DNA of 64,000 nucleotides from the NCBI GenBank assembly GCA_965208215.1, contig CBDBOH010000003.1, forward strand, positions 1,761,259-1,825,258, written 5' to 3'. Positions 1-13,305 of the stretch are shown piece after piece. The notes under the pieces were generated by a model. It made no database searches. It had not been told where the DNA came from and was given only the letters and a program-made list of their open reading frames with translations. The stretch is from Chloroflexota bacterium (lineage in GTDB: Bacteria; Chloroflexota; UBA11872). How positions within the stretch are numbered: position 1 is the first letter of the stretch; every line of letters begins with the position of its first letter. Made by a program: the position numbers and the translations under genes.

Positions 1-271
1 CCGCCGAAGCTATTGCCAGCGAATATGCTCCGTCACGGGTCGCATCCTCGTGATTGGCATGAACGTCACGGTCCCTAGCTGTTGATGGAGACCAATCTAA
101 TGCATATGGATAATCAGGGCTGCCGTGATTCCCTACCTTCGCAGCAATGGGTGGAAGGTGATGCTGGTCGAGGATCACACTTGCGGCTTGGGCAAAAAAC
201 TCGGCTGCTTGCTGGTTTAGCCCTCTATGGCGTTCGTGAAGTAGGTCTAGATTGGGAATTCTGCCTTGCAC
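1..271 (-). CDS. Partial hypothetical protein running off the left edge; resembles a putative PD-(D/E)XK-fold family with an 'N-x-x-D-A-T-x-x-G-A-Y' motif
   Basis: Not in the ORF track. GTG at 271 has GAAGGA 7 nt upstream. The frame is open to the edge: MQGRIPNLDLLHERHRGLNQQAAEFFAQAASVILDQHH...HANHEDATRDGAYSLAIASA. Family resemblance is from memory. Confidence 0.6.
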   Translation of the reverse strand, partial: MQGRIPNLDLLHERHRGLNQQAAEFFAQAASVILDQHHLPPIAAKVGNHGSPDYPYALDWSPSTARDRDVHANHEDATRDGAYSLAIASA

Positions 272-302
272 CGTAAGGTCCTTCGAGTACGCCCGACGTC
301 GC

Positions 303-788
303 TTAGTCCGTGGGGCATTTGTCGGCCGCTCGTGCGCTAGCTGGTTTTGTCGTCATCAAGCGGCAGCGAACTTCGAATCGCTTCGCGTGACTCCCTTGGA
401 ACTGGGTAGTTCGACGATCATCGAGTCCGTTACTGATGCCTTTGAAGGCTGCCCTAAGCGCGGACGCAGCCAGGGACCACTGCGATGTTAATTCGCCTAC
501 GGACTGCTCTTGCATGAGGCTAGTGACCCGAGACACTTCTCGCCATGTCCTGTCGCCGTCCGGTGGGGGCTGGGCAGCGCCTAGTGAAACATAGTAGTTC
601 ACGATGTCAAGCGCGAAATCGTTAGTCGCATCTACTGAAGTGTTGCCGCTGGGACGGCAGCTGGAAAGTCTTCGAGTCATTGACTGGCTGGCCGGCCCTG
701 ACGGATCGCGTTTCGACAGTTCGCCTTCAGCAAGAATCCATCGGGGCGACTCGGTCTGTGATCCGACAGCCCGCCTGAACGATTGCAT
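303..788 (-). CDS. Hypothetical protein, 161 aa
   Basis: Longest ORF in the AT-richer stretch, co-oriented with the edge gene; no motif recognised. Confidence 0.3.
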   Translation of the reverse strand: MQSFRRAVGSQTESPRWILAEGELSKRDPSGPASQSMTRRLSSCRPSGNTSVDATNDFALDIVNYYVSLGAAQPPPDGDRTWREVSRVTSLMQEQSVGELTSQWSLAASALRAAFKGISNGLDDRRTTQFQGSHAKRFEVRCRLMTTKPASARAADKCPTD

Positions 789-789
789 C

Positions 790-901
790 CCGGCCTGCGC
801 GACACATCCAGGCCCTGACCGTCCGCATGGCCCGCATTGAGGAGTTCTTCGCGAGCTACTTCGCCGCCGGCGGCCGCCTCGACAGCTGCGACGCCTGCTG
901 A
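790..901 (+). pseudogene. Orphan 3' end of an unidentified gene (copy 1)
   Basis: Reads RPARHIQALTVRMARIEEFFASYFAAGGRLDSCDAC*, which aligns with the reading at 2050-2199. No start or 5' part. Confidence 0.4.
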
Positions 902-1144
902 CCGACCCAATTCGATCTGCTAGCGCCGTCTCGAGACCAGCTTGGGCTATCCGTGCGATCGACTGGTCAAGCCCGCTGCCCTGCTTCCGTTTCGCTCACA
1001 CAGGCGGTCCACTTCACAGCCCAACTCCAAAGAGCCGCCCGCGATCCCCGAACTCACAGCAGTCCCCTGCTGCCCGCGATCCCTCGCCTCCACTAACCGA
1101 CGACCGCAAACGCCGACCGCCTAGAACGAGCCGTCGCCACCCGA

Positions 1145-1536
1145 TCACAGCACCCTGATTCCGTCGTCAGGAAACCACTCATCCAACAAGCAGACAGTCG
1201 CGTCCGCCTGTGACCGTGCAGCCGCCCACACCAGCGCGTCGGCAGACGAGACGCGGCCCGCTGGCCGGCAGAGCAGCAGCGCCTCCAGCACCAGGTCCTT
1301 GTCCAGCCGGAAGGTGTCGATGTGGGCCTTCCCCAGCAGGGCAATCAGACCGTCAACAACAGCCGCCCTCGGTACCTCGTATACAGAGATCAGGACCTAA
1401 GCCGTCTCGACGATCACCACATCGGAACCAAGGGCGGAGCGACGCCGTCCTTCACCTCCGCGCTCACGACAGCCAGTTCGGGCGGATCCCCGGTGAGGCA
1501 CCACACGAGCATTGAGGTGTCGAGCCTATTGCTCAC
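1145..1536 (-). pseudogene. vapC: VapC/PIN toxin pseudogene
   Basis: GTG 1536 gives VSNRLDTSMLVWCLTGDPPEL (PIN 'LDT' motif). A frameshift near 1430-1460 leads to SDVVIVETA*VLISVY...SSADALVWAAA...LLDEWFP, with an in-frame TAG at 1399-1397. Confidence 0.8.
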
Positions 1537-1542
1537 CCGGCG

Positions 1543-1812
1543 CTAGGCGCTTAGCGCTCCCCGGCTTGCGGCCTCATGCCAGCCGCGCTCCCGCACCCGC
1601 TGCCACTCGTCGGGCGGCACGCTTGCCTTGATGTGCGGAGCCAGGCTCCCCTTCAGCGACTCGCGGTGCTCGGGGGGCAGGAAGACCATCTCGACACGGT
1701 CGTCCACCGTCCGCTGGATCGCGACCCACCCCGGGCCAATGCCGAGTTGGTCACGAACATGCTTCCCAATCACGACTTGGCCCCTTGTTCCCACCCCGTT
1801 GGCCAACGCCAT
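1543..1812 (-). CDS. AbrB/MazE/SpoVT-family antitoxin (VapB-type), 89 aa
   Basis: ATG 1812 with AGGAGG RBS. MALANGVGTRGQVVIGKHVRDQLGIGPG matches the swapped-hairpin 'GQVVIP..R..LGI' pattern. Lies directly upstream of the PIN remnant. Confidence 0.85.
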   Translation of the reverse strand: MALANGVGTRGQVVIGKHVRDQLGIGPGWVAIQRTVDDRVEMVFLPPEHRESLKGSLAPHIKASVPPDEWQRVRERGWHEAASRGALSA

Positions 1813-2049
1813 ACCTCCTGTCGCCCGTTCAGCAATGCCAGTCTCCGTGTAGGCATCGCTGTGCCCAAAAAGGCGGCGCCACGAAACCCGCCGCCGCCAC
1901 GCGCCAATGCTCCCCGCCTCGTGACGGAGTCCTGCATTCCGCGGCAGATGTCGAGTTGTAACCCTCGGGCTACGCCGGGGGTCCACTGCGAGGTTCCTCG
2001 CGCGCCACGCCGCCGCAGTGCCTTCCCTTCGTACGAACGGTGTGTCAAC

Positions 2050-2199
2050 CACGCCCGGCGCCACTGCTTGGACGGCTCTCGCCTGCCGAACGCGCGCCTC
2101 GGCTTGCTGGGCGCCCAGCGCCTGGCGCGCACCCGGGGATTCCTCGTGCGCTACGTCGCCGCCCGCGGCGCCCTCCGCCGCCACGACGACAGCGCCTGA
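2050..2199 (+). pseudogene. Orphan 3' end of an unidentified gene (copy 2)
   Basis: Reads ...LGAQRLARTRGFLVRYVAARGALRRHDDSA*; the DNA is visibly alignable with 829-901. Confidence 0.35.
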
Positions 2200-2666
2200 A
2201 CCGGTTCGCCGCGAGCCACACACCACCGTTCCACCTCTCGGTCGCAGGCCGGCTCAGCCCGGCCATCCGTTGCCGCGACCGCTCTCACCCAGCCTGCTCC
2301 CTACGGAGCACACCCCAGCGGCCACCGGCCGCTCCCCGACTTGCCCCGCGACCTGATCCAATGTACACTATCTGAGTAAGACTCGCAACTTCCCCCCAAT
2401 GCCCGCAGCCCTTCTGCTCCTTCGTCTCCTTTTCGCTCCCCTTCGGCGCCTCCTCCATACCTGCCGTCCGCACCCAGTCCCCAGCGCCGCATCGTCATGC
2501 CTGCGGAGAGCCTGTCCTGAGCTGGCCGAGGGAGAGAGCCGGCAGCACCCAACAATCCCGGCTCTACTGGCCACCCCGACCTCCCCGGCATCCCGAGCGT
2601 GCGCCTTTCGTACCCCTCCCTGCACAGCCCCGATCTTCGTCGCCAACCCGCCCCAAAATCCGCCAA

Positions 2667-2721
2667 AGCTGTCTCTCGGCAGCCCGAACCCCAGAGGGGT
2701 TCGGGCTGCCGAGAGACAGCT
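2667..2721. repeat. Perfect 26-bp inverted repeat with a 3-nt loop
   Basis: AGCTGTCTCTCGGCAGCCCGAACCCC-AGA-GGGGTTCGGGCTGCCGAGAGACAGCT; arms checked base by base. Confidence 0.95.
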
Positions 2722-3007
2722 CCCCACATCGCCCCCGCCAATTTCCGCCTCTGGCCCAGCCGCACCGCCCTGGCAACACCTCGACCACTCGTCCCCTGCC
2801 CCAACCCCGCCACACACCTTCACCCGCCCACCAACCACCCACCCCCGGACCGCCGCTCTTTCACCTCTCCAGGGGGAAAGGCAGAACCTGTGCACAGCTC
2901 GTCCAGTGGATCCGGCGTCCCCGCCGCAATGCGGCAAGGGCTTCTCCACCCTCATCTGTGCCCTGAACCACCCCTCTCCAGCCGCCCGTCAGACCCACCA
3001 AAAAACC

Positions 3008-3075
3008 ACCCCGCGCCGCCTCAAGAGTTTTTTAGAAAAGACTCTTATTGCGCGCGAGGACGCCCATCTCGCACC
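3008..3075 (+). repeat. Dispersed intergenic repeat, copy 1, with an AAGAGTTTTTT-NN-AAAAGACTCTT palindromic core
   Basis: Aligns with the reverse complement of 19343-19408; core at 3023-3046. Confidence 0.8.
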
Positions 3076-3095
3076 CATTCCCGCCCCCGCCAATC

Positions 3096-3119
3096 GTTCG
3101 TCTCTTGTTCGGTTACAAT
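3096..3119 (+). promoter_or_regulatory. Putative lhr promoter: -10 TACAAT (3114-3119) with a GTTC-N7-GTTC direct repeat (3096-3110)
   Basis: TACAAT ends 8 nt before the ATG at 3128 and there is no SD, suggesting a leaderless transcript. GTTC-gtctctt-GTTC lies just upstream. Confidence 0.45.
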
Positions 3120-3127
3120 GCCCGCCC

Positions 3128-7390
<4,263 letters not shown>

Positions 7391-7393
7391 CTG

Positions 7394-8404
7394 CTAGTGG
7401 TGGTGCCCATTCGCGTAATGCGCCGCCAGCAGATCCTCGCCCCAATCGCCCGCGTAGCTCCGCATCACCGAGTGAATGTGGTTCGCCTCGTTCTGCGTGT
7501 TGTCATACTCGATCACGAAGGAGGGTCCGGCTAGCGCGTAGTAGTGCCCCGCGCCACGGGCTTCCGGACCAGCCCACAGGAACCGGACCCCATCCAGCCC
7601 GTCCTGCTCGATCTTGCGCCACTCGTTGGTCGCCAGGTCCGCAGTCTTCCGCTCGACATAGTGTCGAAGCAGCCCAATCAATCCGTCCCGCTGCCCGTCC
7701 CGCAACTCCGCCAGCGTGATTCCCCCAACGGGAATCTCGTCAGGATCGGCAACCCGATAGTTCTTCGTCAGGATGTCATCCGGCGCCACCGGATCCACCA
7801 TCGCCAGCGCCTTCTGCTCGGCATCCAGCCGACCCAGCAGCTCGCGCGCCAGGTCCTCTTCCTCGGCTAGCGTTCGCACACCCTTGTGCTCGCCGTGCCG
7901 AACCTCCGCCGGATTGGCGCCCAGGAACAGTGGCAGCACCGACACATAGGTATTTGCAATCACCGTGGCATGAATCCCGATGTGATGTCCGCCGGCCCGC
8001 CACCCCCAGGGCTCCTCGCCGCCGGGCTTCCCGAAGACACTGAAGTAGTAGATCTCCGGGTCGCGTAGCCAGTGCATCCGCGAGTTCTGAATGCCCTCCC
8101 ACTCGTCCAGGACGGCCTCCAATTCAATGATCTCCCTGGCCTTCTCTGCTCCGTGCGAACTCAGCGCCGTGTTCATCATTCGGAACGCCGCCGCGCGCTG
8201 CGCCCCCGTCATCTCCTTCAGCCGCAGCCCATTGCGCTCCACGGGCGTGTAGTGCCAGAAATACCGCTCATCGCCAGCAAACGGAAACGTCGCCACCGCC
8301 CGTTGACCGGCATCGAGTGAATCCACAAAGCTGCTGGCCGCCTCGGCCATTTCGGCGGCAACAGCGACGGCGCGCGAGGCCGTGCTGATGTCCGTAGTCG
8401 TCAT
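7394..8404 (-). CDS. DUF3500 domain protein
   Basis: WHYTPVERNGL, WGWRAGGHHIGIH, FLGANPA, IEYDNTQNEANHIHSVMR. Confidence 0.8.
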   Translation of the reverse strand: MTTTDISTASRAVAVAAEMAEAASSFVDSLDAGQRAVATFPFAGDERYFWHYTPVERNGLRLKEMTGAQRAAAFRMMNTALSSHGAEKAREIIELEAVLDEWEGIQNSRMHWLRDPEIYYFSVFGKPGGEEPWGWRAGGHHIGIHATVIANTYVSVLPLFLGANPAEVRHGEHKGVRTLAEEEDLARELLGRLDAEQKALAMVDPVAPDDILTKNYRVADPDEIPVGGITLAELRDGQRDGLIGLLRHYVERKTADLATNEWRKIEQDGLDGVRFLWAGPEARGAGHYYALAGPSFVIEYDNTQNEANHIHSVMRSYAGDWGEDLLAAHYANGHHH

Positions 8405-8437
8405 CGAGTCACGCTCCCTCTCGCCGCCGCCGGCTCG

Positions 8438-9127
8438 CTACCAGTCATACAGGTCAAGTATCCAACGCTGCACCGGCGAAAGCATGCGACAGCGCTCGGC
8501 GCAGTACTCAATCAAATCGGCCGTATGCGCCTGCGGCGGCAGCGGTCCATCGATCCACGCGTGCAGCGCCTTGTACCGCAGCAACTCGCCCCGCGGATGA
8601 TCGGGATCGAAACCCCGCGGAACCCGCTTGTAGTGCTCCCCGCCCACCTCGCCACCGGCTGCTCGTACCTGCTCAACCGCGCGTTCCAGGGCCGCCCCGC
8701 GACGATCATCGGCGACTGCTGCTCGGAAGGACTGCAACGGACCCTTGTCAAACCGATACCGTCCGGCCCCAACCTTCAGGCGATCCGGCTCGAACCGCAA
8801 AAAGTAGCCCGGGCAGTCCCGGCTGTGCCGGTTCCCCTGCCAGAACCACATATCGAAGTGGTTCTTGTACGGCCGCTTGTCCCGGCTGAACCGGGTGTCG
8901 CGATGGATGCGAAATATCGAGCCGCTCACCCGCGGCTCGGCGTGAATCCCCGGCGCAAACTCCGCGAGCGCCATGCCCATCGCCACGACGAACAAGCGCC
9001 CGGGCGCCAGCAGCCCCTCGTCGTAGCCGCGCCGGTTGGCCTCGAACCACGGCTTGTTGTTGTTCGCGGCCAGATCCCGCAGAAAGTCAAAGCCGCTGGG
9101 TGGAAACCCCGCAAACGCGTCCGACAT
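8438..9127 (-). CDS. DUF2461 (TIGR02453-like) protein
   Basis: FDFLRDLAANNNKPWFEANR, IFRIHRDTRFSRDKRPYK, YKRVPRGFDPDHP. Confidence 0.85.
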   Translation of the reverse strand: MSDAFAGFPPSGFDFLRDLAANNNKPWFEANRRGYDEGLLAPGRLFVVAMGMALAEFAPGIHAEPRVSGSIFRIHRDTRFSRDKRPYKNHFDMWFWQGNRHSRDCPGYFLRFEPDRLKVGAGRYRFDKGPLQSFRAAVADDRRGAALERAVEQVRAAGGEVGGEHYKRVPRGFDPDHPRGELLRYKALHAWIDGPLPPQAHTADLIEYCAERCRMLSPVQRWILDLYDW

Positions 9128-9172
9128 CCAGGGACTCCGGGCGCCTCGTGCCCGTCACGGTAGCAGTCCTGC

Positions 9173-10417
9173 TTACGGCTCAGCGGCTGCTGGCGAAGAT
9201 CGCTTCTCCAACGTTTCCGGGACGAACAGGCCGAACGTCAGCGCGCCGCACAGTCCCAGTGCGGCTACGAAGAACGGGGCGAGCATCAGGCCGAAGACGT
9301 CGGCCACACCGCCCACCACCACCGGCCCGCCCATGTCGCCGATCCCACCCACCAGGCGCCACACGGCCAGGAACTCGCCCGGCCGTTCCGACGGCGTCAG
9401 GTCGGACCCCAGCGTCAGCATCGAGCCGGACCCGATCCCATTCGAGAAACCGATCAGCAGCCCGATCAGGATCAGCCCCGTGAAGTCCCTGGCCTGGCTC
9501 AACAACGCCATTGAGGCGCTGAACAGAGCGAACGACGGCACGATGGCGAACTTCCGGCCAAAGTGATCCATCAGGTAGCCGGCCAGCGGAAACAGTGTCA
9601 TGTCAACGGCGGCCGAGGCGCTGACGGCCAGCCCGATCTCCTGCTCGCTTAGGCCCAGTGCAAAGGCGCCATAGAGCGGCAGCACGACCGGCCGTCCGGA
9701 GCGGATGGCCTGGGCGAAGATGTGACCGGTTCCGGCCGTGAGCAGGACGCGGCGGCGTGTCATCAGCGTCTCGCCCAGCCCCCGCAGCAGGCTGATCGCC
9801 GACTGCGTACTTGCCTTTTCGTTGTCAGGAGCATCCCGATAGGCGAGCCCGGGGATAAGCCCCACAGCCATACACGCGCCGGCAATGAGAAACATGGCCT
9901 CGTAGCCCAGCGTGCCCGCCACGGTGCCACCGACGCCGGGACCGACGAACATGCCAATCCGGTTGGTGCCGCCGAAGAGCGACATGATCCGCCCGCGCTG
10001 GTGCCGCGGCGTCACGCGCCGCATGTATTGCATGCGCGACAGTGCCCACAGGCCCATCCCCGCGCCCATCAGCAGTCGGGCGACGATCAGCACCGAGTAC
10101 GGCGGCGAGAGGGCCAGCACCATCACGGCGGTGGCCATCACCACCAGGCCGGCAATCTGACCTACCCACTCGGAGATCCGGTTGAGCAGGAGACCCGACG
10201 GCAGCGTCCAGAGCAGCGTGCCCAGCGCCGCCATTCCCACCGCCAGGCCGACCAGCGTGATGTTCTCCTGGCCGGTTCGCGGATCGCGAACCAGGTCGGC
10301 CACGAACAGCGGCAGCGTGGGCACCAGCATGCCCATGCCGACGGAGGCGGTGAAAATCTGAATGTAGACGCGCGGAACTAGCGCAGTGACGGTGTTTAGC
10401 GCGCGCCCGGAGTGCAC
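9173..10417 (-). CDS. MFS transporter
   Basis: About 12 hydrophobic segments; motif-A-like GYLMDHFGRK and QRGRIMSLF. Confidence 0.9.
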   Translation of the reverse strand: MHSGRALNTVTALVPRVYIQIFTASVGMGMLVPTLPLFVADLVRDPRTGQENITLVGLAVGMAALGTLLWTLPSGLLLNRISEWVGQIAGLVVMATAVMVLALSPPYSVLIVARLLMGAGMGLWALSRMQYMRRVTPRHQRGRIMSLFGGTNRIGMFVGPGVGGTVAGTLGYEAMFLIAGACMAVGLIPGLAYRDAPDNEKASTQSAISLLRGLGETLMTRRRVLLTAGTGHIFAQAIRSGRPVVLPLYGAFALGLSEQEIGLAVSASAAVDMTLFPLAGYLMDHFGRKFAIVPSFALFSASMALLSQARDFTGLILIGLLIGFSNGIGSGSMLTLGSDLTPSERPGEFLAVWRLVGGIGDMGGPVVVGGVADVFGLMLAPFFVAALGLCGALTFGLFVPETLEKRSSPAAAEP

Positions 10418-10493
10418 GGGCGCGCATGGTATGACACAACGCCACGCTCGAACGTGGACAATGGTGCAAGCAGTCGCGCCTTAGGGGAATCCA

Positions 10494-11462
10494 ATGCAGG
10501 CCATTCGCGTCAATCAGCCGGGCGGACCCGAAGCCCTTTCCTACGAGTCCATCGCCGACCCCAGTGCGGCCGCCGACGAGGCGGTCATCCGCGTTGAGGC
10601 CATAGGCGTCAACTACATCGACACCTATCAGCGCAGCGGCCTGTATCCGCTCAATCCGCCGTTCACTCTAGGTATGGAAGGTGCCGGCGTGGTCGAGGCT
10701 GTCGGATCCGATGTCAGCGGTCTTACGGTTGGCGACCGCGTCGCCCACGCCATGCACCTGGGCTCCTACGCCGAGCTACAGGCTGTCCCGGCCGCCCAGC
10801 TCATCAAGCTGCCCGACGCCATCGACACCCGCCAGGCTGCGGCCGCCATGCTCCAGGGCATGACCGCCCACTACCTGGCTCACAGCACCTATCCGCTGGC
10901 TGCCGGGCACACGGCCGTCGTGCACGCTGGCGCCGGCGGCGTGGGACGCCTGCTGAGCCAGATGGCCAAGCGCGCCGGGGCACGCGTCATTGCCACCGCC
11001 GGAACCCCCGCCAAGGCCGAAATCGCTGCCGCGGCCGGTGCCGACGACGTCATCATCTACACGGAATCCGACTTCCTTGCGGAAGTCCGACGTCTGACCG
11101 ACGGCGCCGGTGTCGAAGTCGTCTACGACGGCGTGGGCGCCGCCACTTACGAGCGCAGCTTCGACTGCCTGAAGCCGCGCGGTCTCCTTGCGCTCTACGG
11201 CGCGTCCAGCGGCCCGGTGCCGGAACTGAACCCACAGATCCTTAATGCCAAGGGCTCACTCTTCCTCACGCGTCCCAGCCTGGGCCACTACACGCTCACG
11301 CGCGACGAACTGGAGTGGCGCGCGGGCGATGTCTTGTCCTGGGTCGCGGCCGGCGACTTGACCCTCATGATCGACCGCGAAGTCTCACTGGCAAACGCCG
11401 CCGATGCTCACATCGCCCTCCAGGGCCGTGAAACCAGCGGCAAGGTGCTCCTGATTCCCTGA
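10494..11462 (+). CDS. qor: NADPH:quinone oxidoreductase (MDR/zeta-crystallin family)
   Basis: GVNYIDTYQRSGLY, LGMEGAG, HAGAGGVG, GSLFLTRPSL, GKVLLIP. Confidence 0.92.
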   Translation: MQAIRVNQPGGPEALSYESIADPSAAADEAVIRVEAIGVNYIDTYQRSGLYPLNPPFTLGMEGAGVVEAVGSDVSGLTVGDRVAHAMHLGSYAELQAVPAAQLIKLPDAIDTRQAAAAMLQGMTAHYLAHSTYPLAAGHTAVVHAGAGGVGRLLSQMAKRAGARVIATAGTPAKAEIAAAAGADDVIIYTESDFLAEVRRLTDGAGVEVVYDGVGAATYERSFDCLKPRGLLALYGASSGPVPELNPQILNAKGSLFLTRPSLGHYTLTRDELEWRAGDVLSWVAAGDLTLMIDREVSLANAADAHIALQGRETSGKVLLIP

Positions 11463-12067
11463 GCGCCGAGTCGCCGGACATCGACGCCGACCTGCAACGC
11501 CGGGTCGAGTTCCTGCTGGAGCTCGACAAAGCCAAGGGCGTCCTCCGGCGCAACCTCATCACAGCTGAGGAGCGTCGCGAGAACGACGCCGAGCACGGCT
11601 GGCACGTCACCATGTTCGCCTTGGTTCTGGCCGACTACGCCCCGCCAGACGTCGACATTGCGCGCGTCATCGCCATGCTGCTGGTGCATGACATCGTGGA
11701 GATCGACGCTGGCGATGCCTTCGTCTACGACGAGGAAGCCAAGGCCCAGCAGCCCGCACGCGAGCGTGCCGCTGCGGACCGCCTTTACGGACTCCTCCCG
11801 CCTGGCCAGGGACGCAACCTCCGAAGTCTCTGGGAGGAATTCGAAGCCCGCCAGACGCCCGAAGCCCGCTTCGCCGCCGCCCTCGACCGTCTTCAACCCC
11901 TGCTCCTCAACTTTCACACCAGGGGCCGGGCCTGGCGCCAACACGGCGTCACCCGCGACCAGGTCGTCACCGTCAACGCCCACATCGCCCACGGCTCCGA
12001 GGCTCTGTGGGCCTTTGCTCGCAATCTGATCAACGAAGCCGTGCGGCTGGGCTACCTGCACCCCTAG
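11459..12067 (+). CDS. HD-domain phosphohydrolase (HD_3, 5'-deoxynucleotidase-like)
   Basis: The frame is open from CTG 11459, overlapping the qor stop as CTGA. ELDKAKGVLRR...RENDAEHGWH, LVHDIVEIDAGD, DRLQPLLLN. The ORF track start (11612) omits the first His. Confidence 0.85.
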   Translation: MSAESPDIDADLQRRVEFLLELDKAKGVLRRNLITAEERRENDAEHGWHVTMFALVLADYAPPDVDIARVIAMLLVHDIVEIDAGDAFVYDEEAKAQQPARERAAADRLYGLLPPGQGRNLRSLWEEFEARQTPEARFAAALDRLQPLLLNFHTRGRAWRQHGVTRDQVVTVNAHIAHGSEALWAFARNLINEAVRLGYLHP

Positions 12068-12173
12068 GTTCCAAGAATCCAATCGTGCTCTTGGGCCGAA
12101 CGCCTGGTGAAATGACCGCCAGTTGGTGGCTCGGCACGAGTTCAAGGTCGACGAGCGTGAGGAGTTCGTCGCT

Positions 12174-13145
12174 CTACGTGTCAAACCCAAACAGGCGCGC
12201 TGCGTTCCCCGCATAAACCTTCGCCCGCGCCTCGTCGCTAACCGGTAGGTCGTCCACGATGGAACTGATCACGTCCGGCTCAACCCAGGGGTGGTCGCTG
12301 GCGAACATCAGCTGGTCCGGCCCCACCATCTCAAGGCCGTAGCGCACCGCCTCCGGCCAAGGCGAGACGGTGTCGAACCAGATCTGCCGCAGGTATTCGC
12401 TGGGCGGCTTCGTCAAGTTCTCTGCCCCACGCTTCAGCACCATCGTCTGGTGGTCCAACCGACCGATCAGGTACGGCAGCGCGCCACCCACGTGCGGGCA
12501 CACGATCGTGAGGTCCGGATAGCGGTCCATCAGCCCACTCACGATGATGCGCGCCAGCGCGATCGTCGTATCGAACATCAGGCCCAGCGCGCCGGTCAGG
12601 TTCCGGCCTTCCACCTGGTCGATGGTCACCGGACAGGCCGGGTGCAGGTACAGCGGGATGCCCAGTTCCTCGGCCCGCTCGAACAACCATTCGAACTCCG
12701 GCTCGTCCGGGTGCCGCCCGTCCAAATTGGCGTAGAGCAGCACGCCGCGCATGTCCAGGTCATGTACGGCTCGGTCCAGCTCCTTGCGTGCAGCCGCCTC
12801 CTGATAGAGCGGAAGTACGCACAGTCCGGCAAAGCGTCCGGGATACGCCCGCGTCTGCTCCGCGATGTAGTCGTTGAACAGCCGCGCCACCATCGGTCCG
12901 TCATCCCCAAAACGCTCGGGTCCCGGATCGTTTGGCGAAAGCACGGTCAGGTCGATTCCCGCCGCATCCATCGTCCTCACCTTGGCGTCCATGTCCGAGT
13001 GCCCAGGCATGGCCGTCCGCCGCCACTTGCCGGTATCGATGAAGAGCGTGTCGCCTTCCCGGAATGCCAGCGGCTCCTCGTCGCGGGTTAGCAAGTAGTC
13101 CAGGAACGGTTCCGGCCAGATGTGACTTTGGGTGTCGATTCGCAT
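12174..13145 (-). CDS. Amidohydrolase_2-family protein (decarboxylase/hydratase-like)
   Basis: IDTQSH, LYLHP, CPHVGGALPYL, FASDHPW. Confidence 0.85.
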   Translation of the reverse strand: MRIDTQSHIWPEPFLDYLLTRDEEPLAFREGDTLFIDTGKWRRTAMPGHSDMDAKVRTMDAAGIDLTVLSPNDPGPERFGDDGPMVARLFNDYIAEQTRAYPGRFAGLCVLPLYQEAAARKELDRAVHDLDMRGVLLYANLDGRHPDEPEFEWLFERAEELGIPLYLHPACPVTIDQVEGRNLTGALGLMFDTTIALARIIVSGLMDRYPDLTIVCPHVGGALPYLIGRLDHQTMVLKRGAENLTKPPSEYLRQIWFDTVSPWPEAVRYGLEMVGPDQLMFASDHPWVEPDVISSIVDDLPVSDEARAKVYAGNAARLFGFDT

Positions 13146-13305
13146 TCGGATCCGTGTGTCTGTCCGCGGTCGTCGCGCAACCGCAGGAGGCGCTTACCGG
13201 AGCGCCGACTCCGGCGAGCTGATCGAGCGTCGCTGATTATGCGCGTTTGCCTGCCTCGACACGGACCGGCAGGATTCGGAAACCGCCTGCGCCCGAGACT
13301 GAACC

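Noticed and set aside
1397-1399. TAG in vapC as pyrrolysine or programmed readthrough
   Set aside because: The same gene also has a frameshift, so decay is the simpler explanation.
2667-2721. Hairpin as a CRISPR repeat or intrinsic terminator
   Set aside because: Single copy, no spacers or cas genes, and no U-tract on either side.
2399-3127. 243-codon N-terminal extension of the lhr ORF
   Set aside because: Pro-rich, low-complexity translation of intergenic repeats. Helicase-like sequence begins after ATG 3128, which has a -10 box just upstream.
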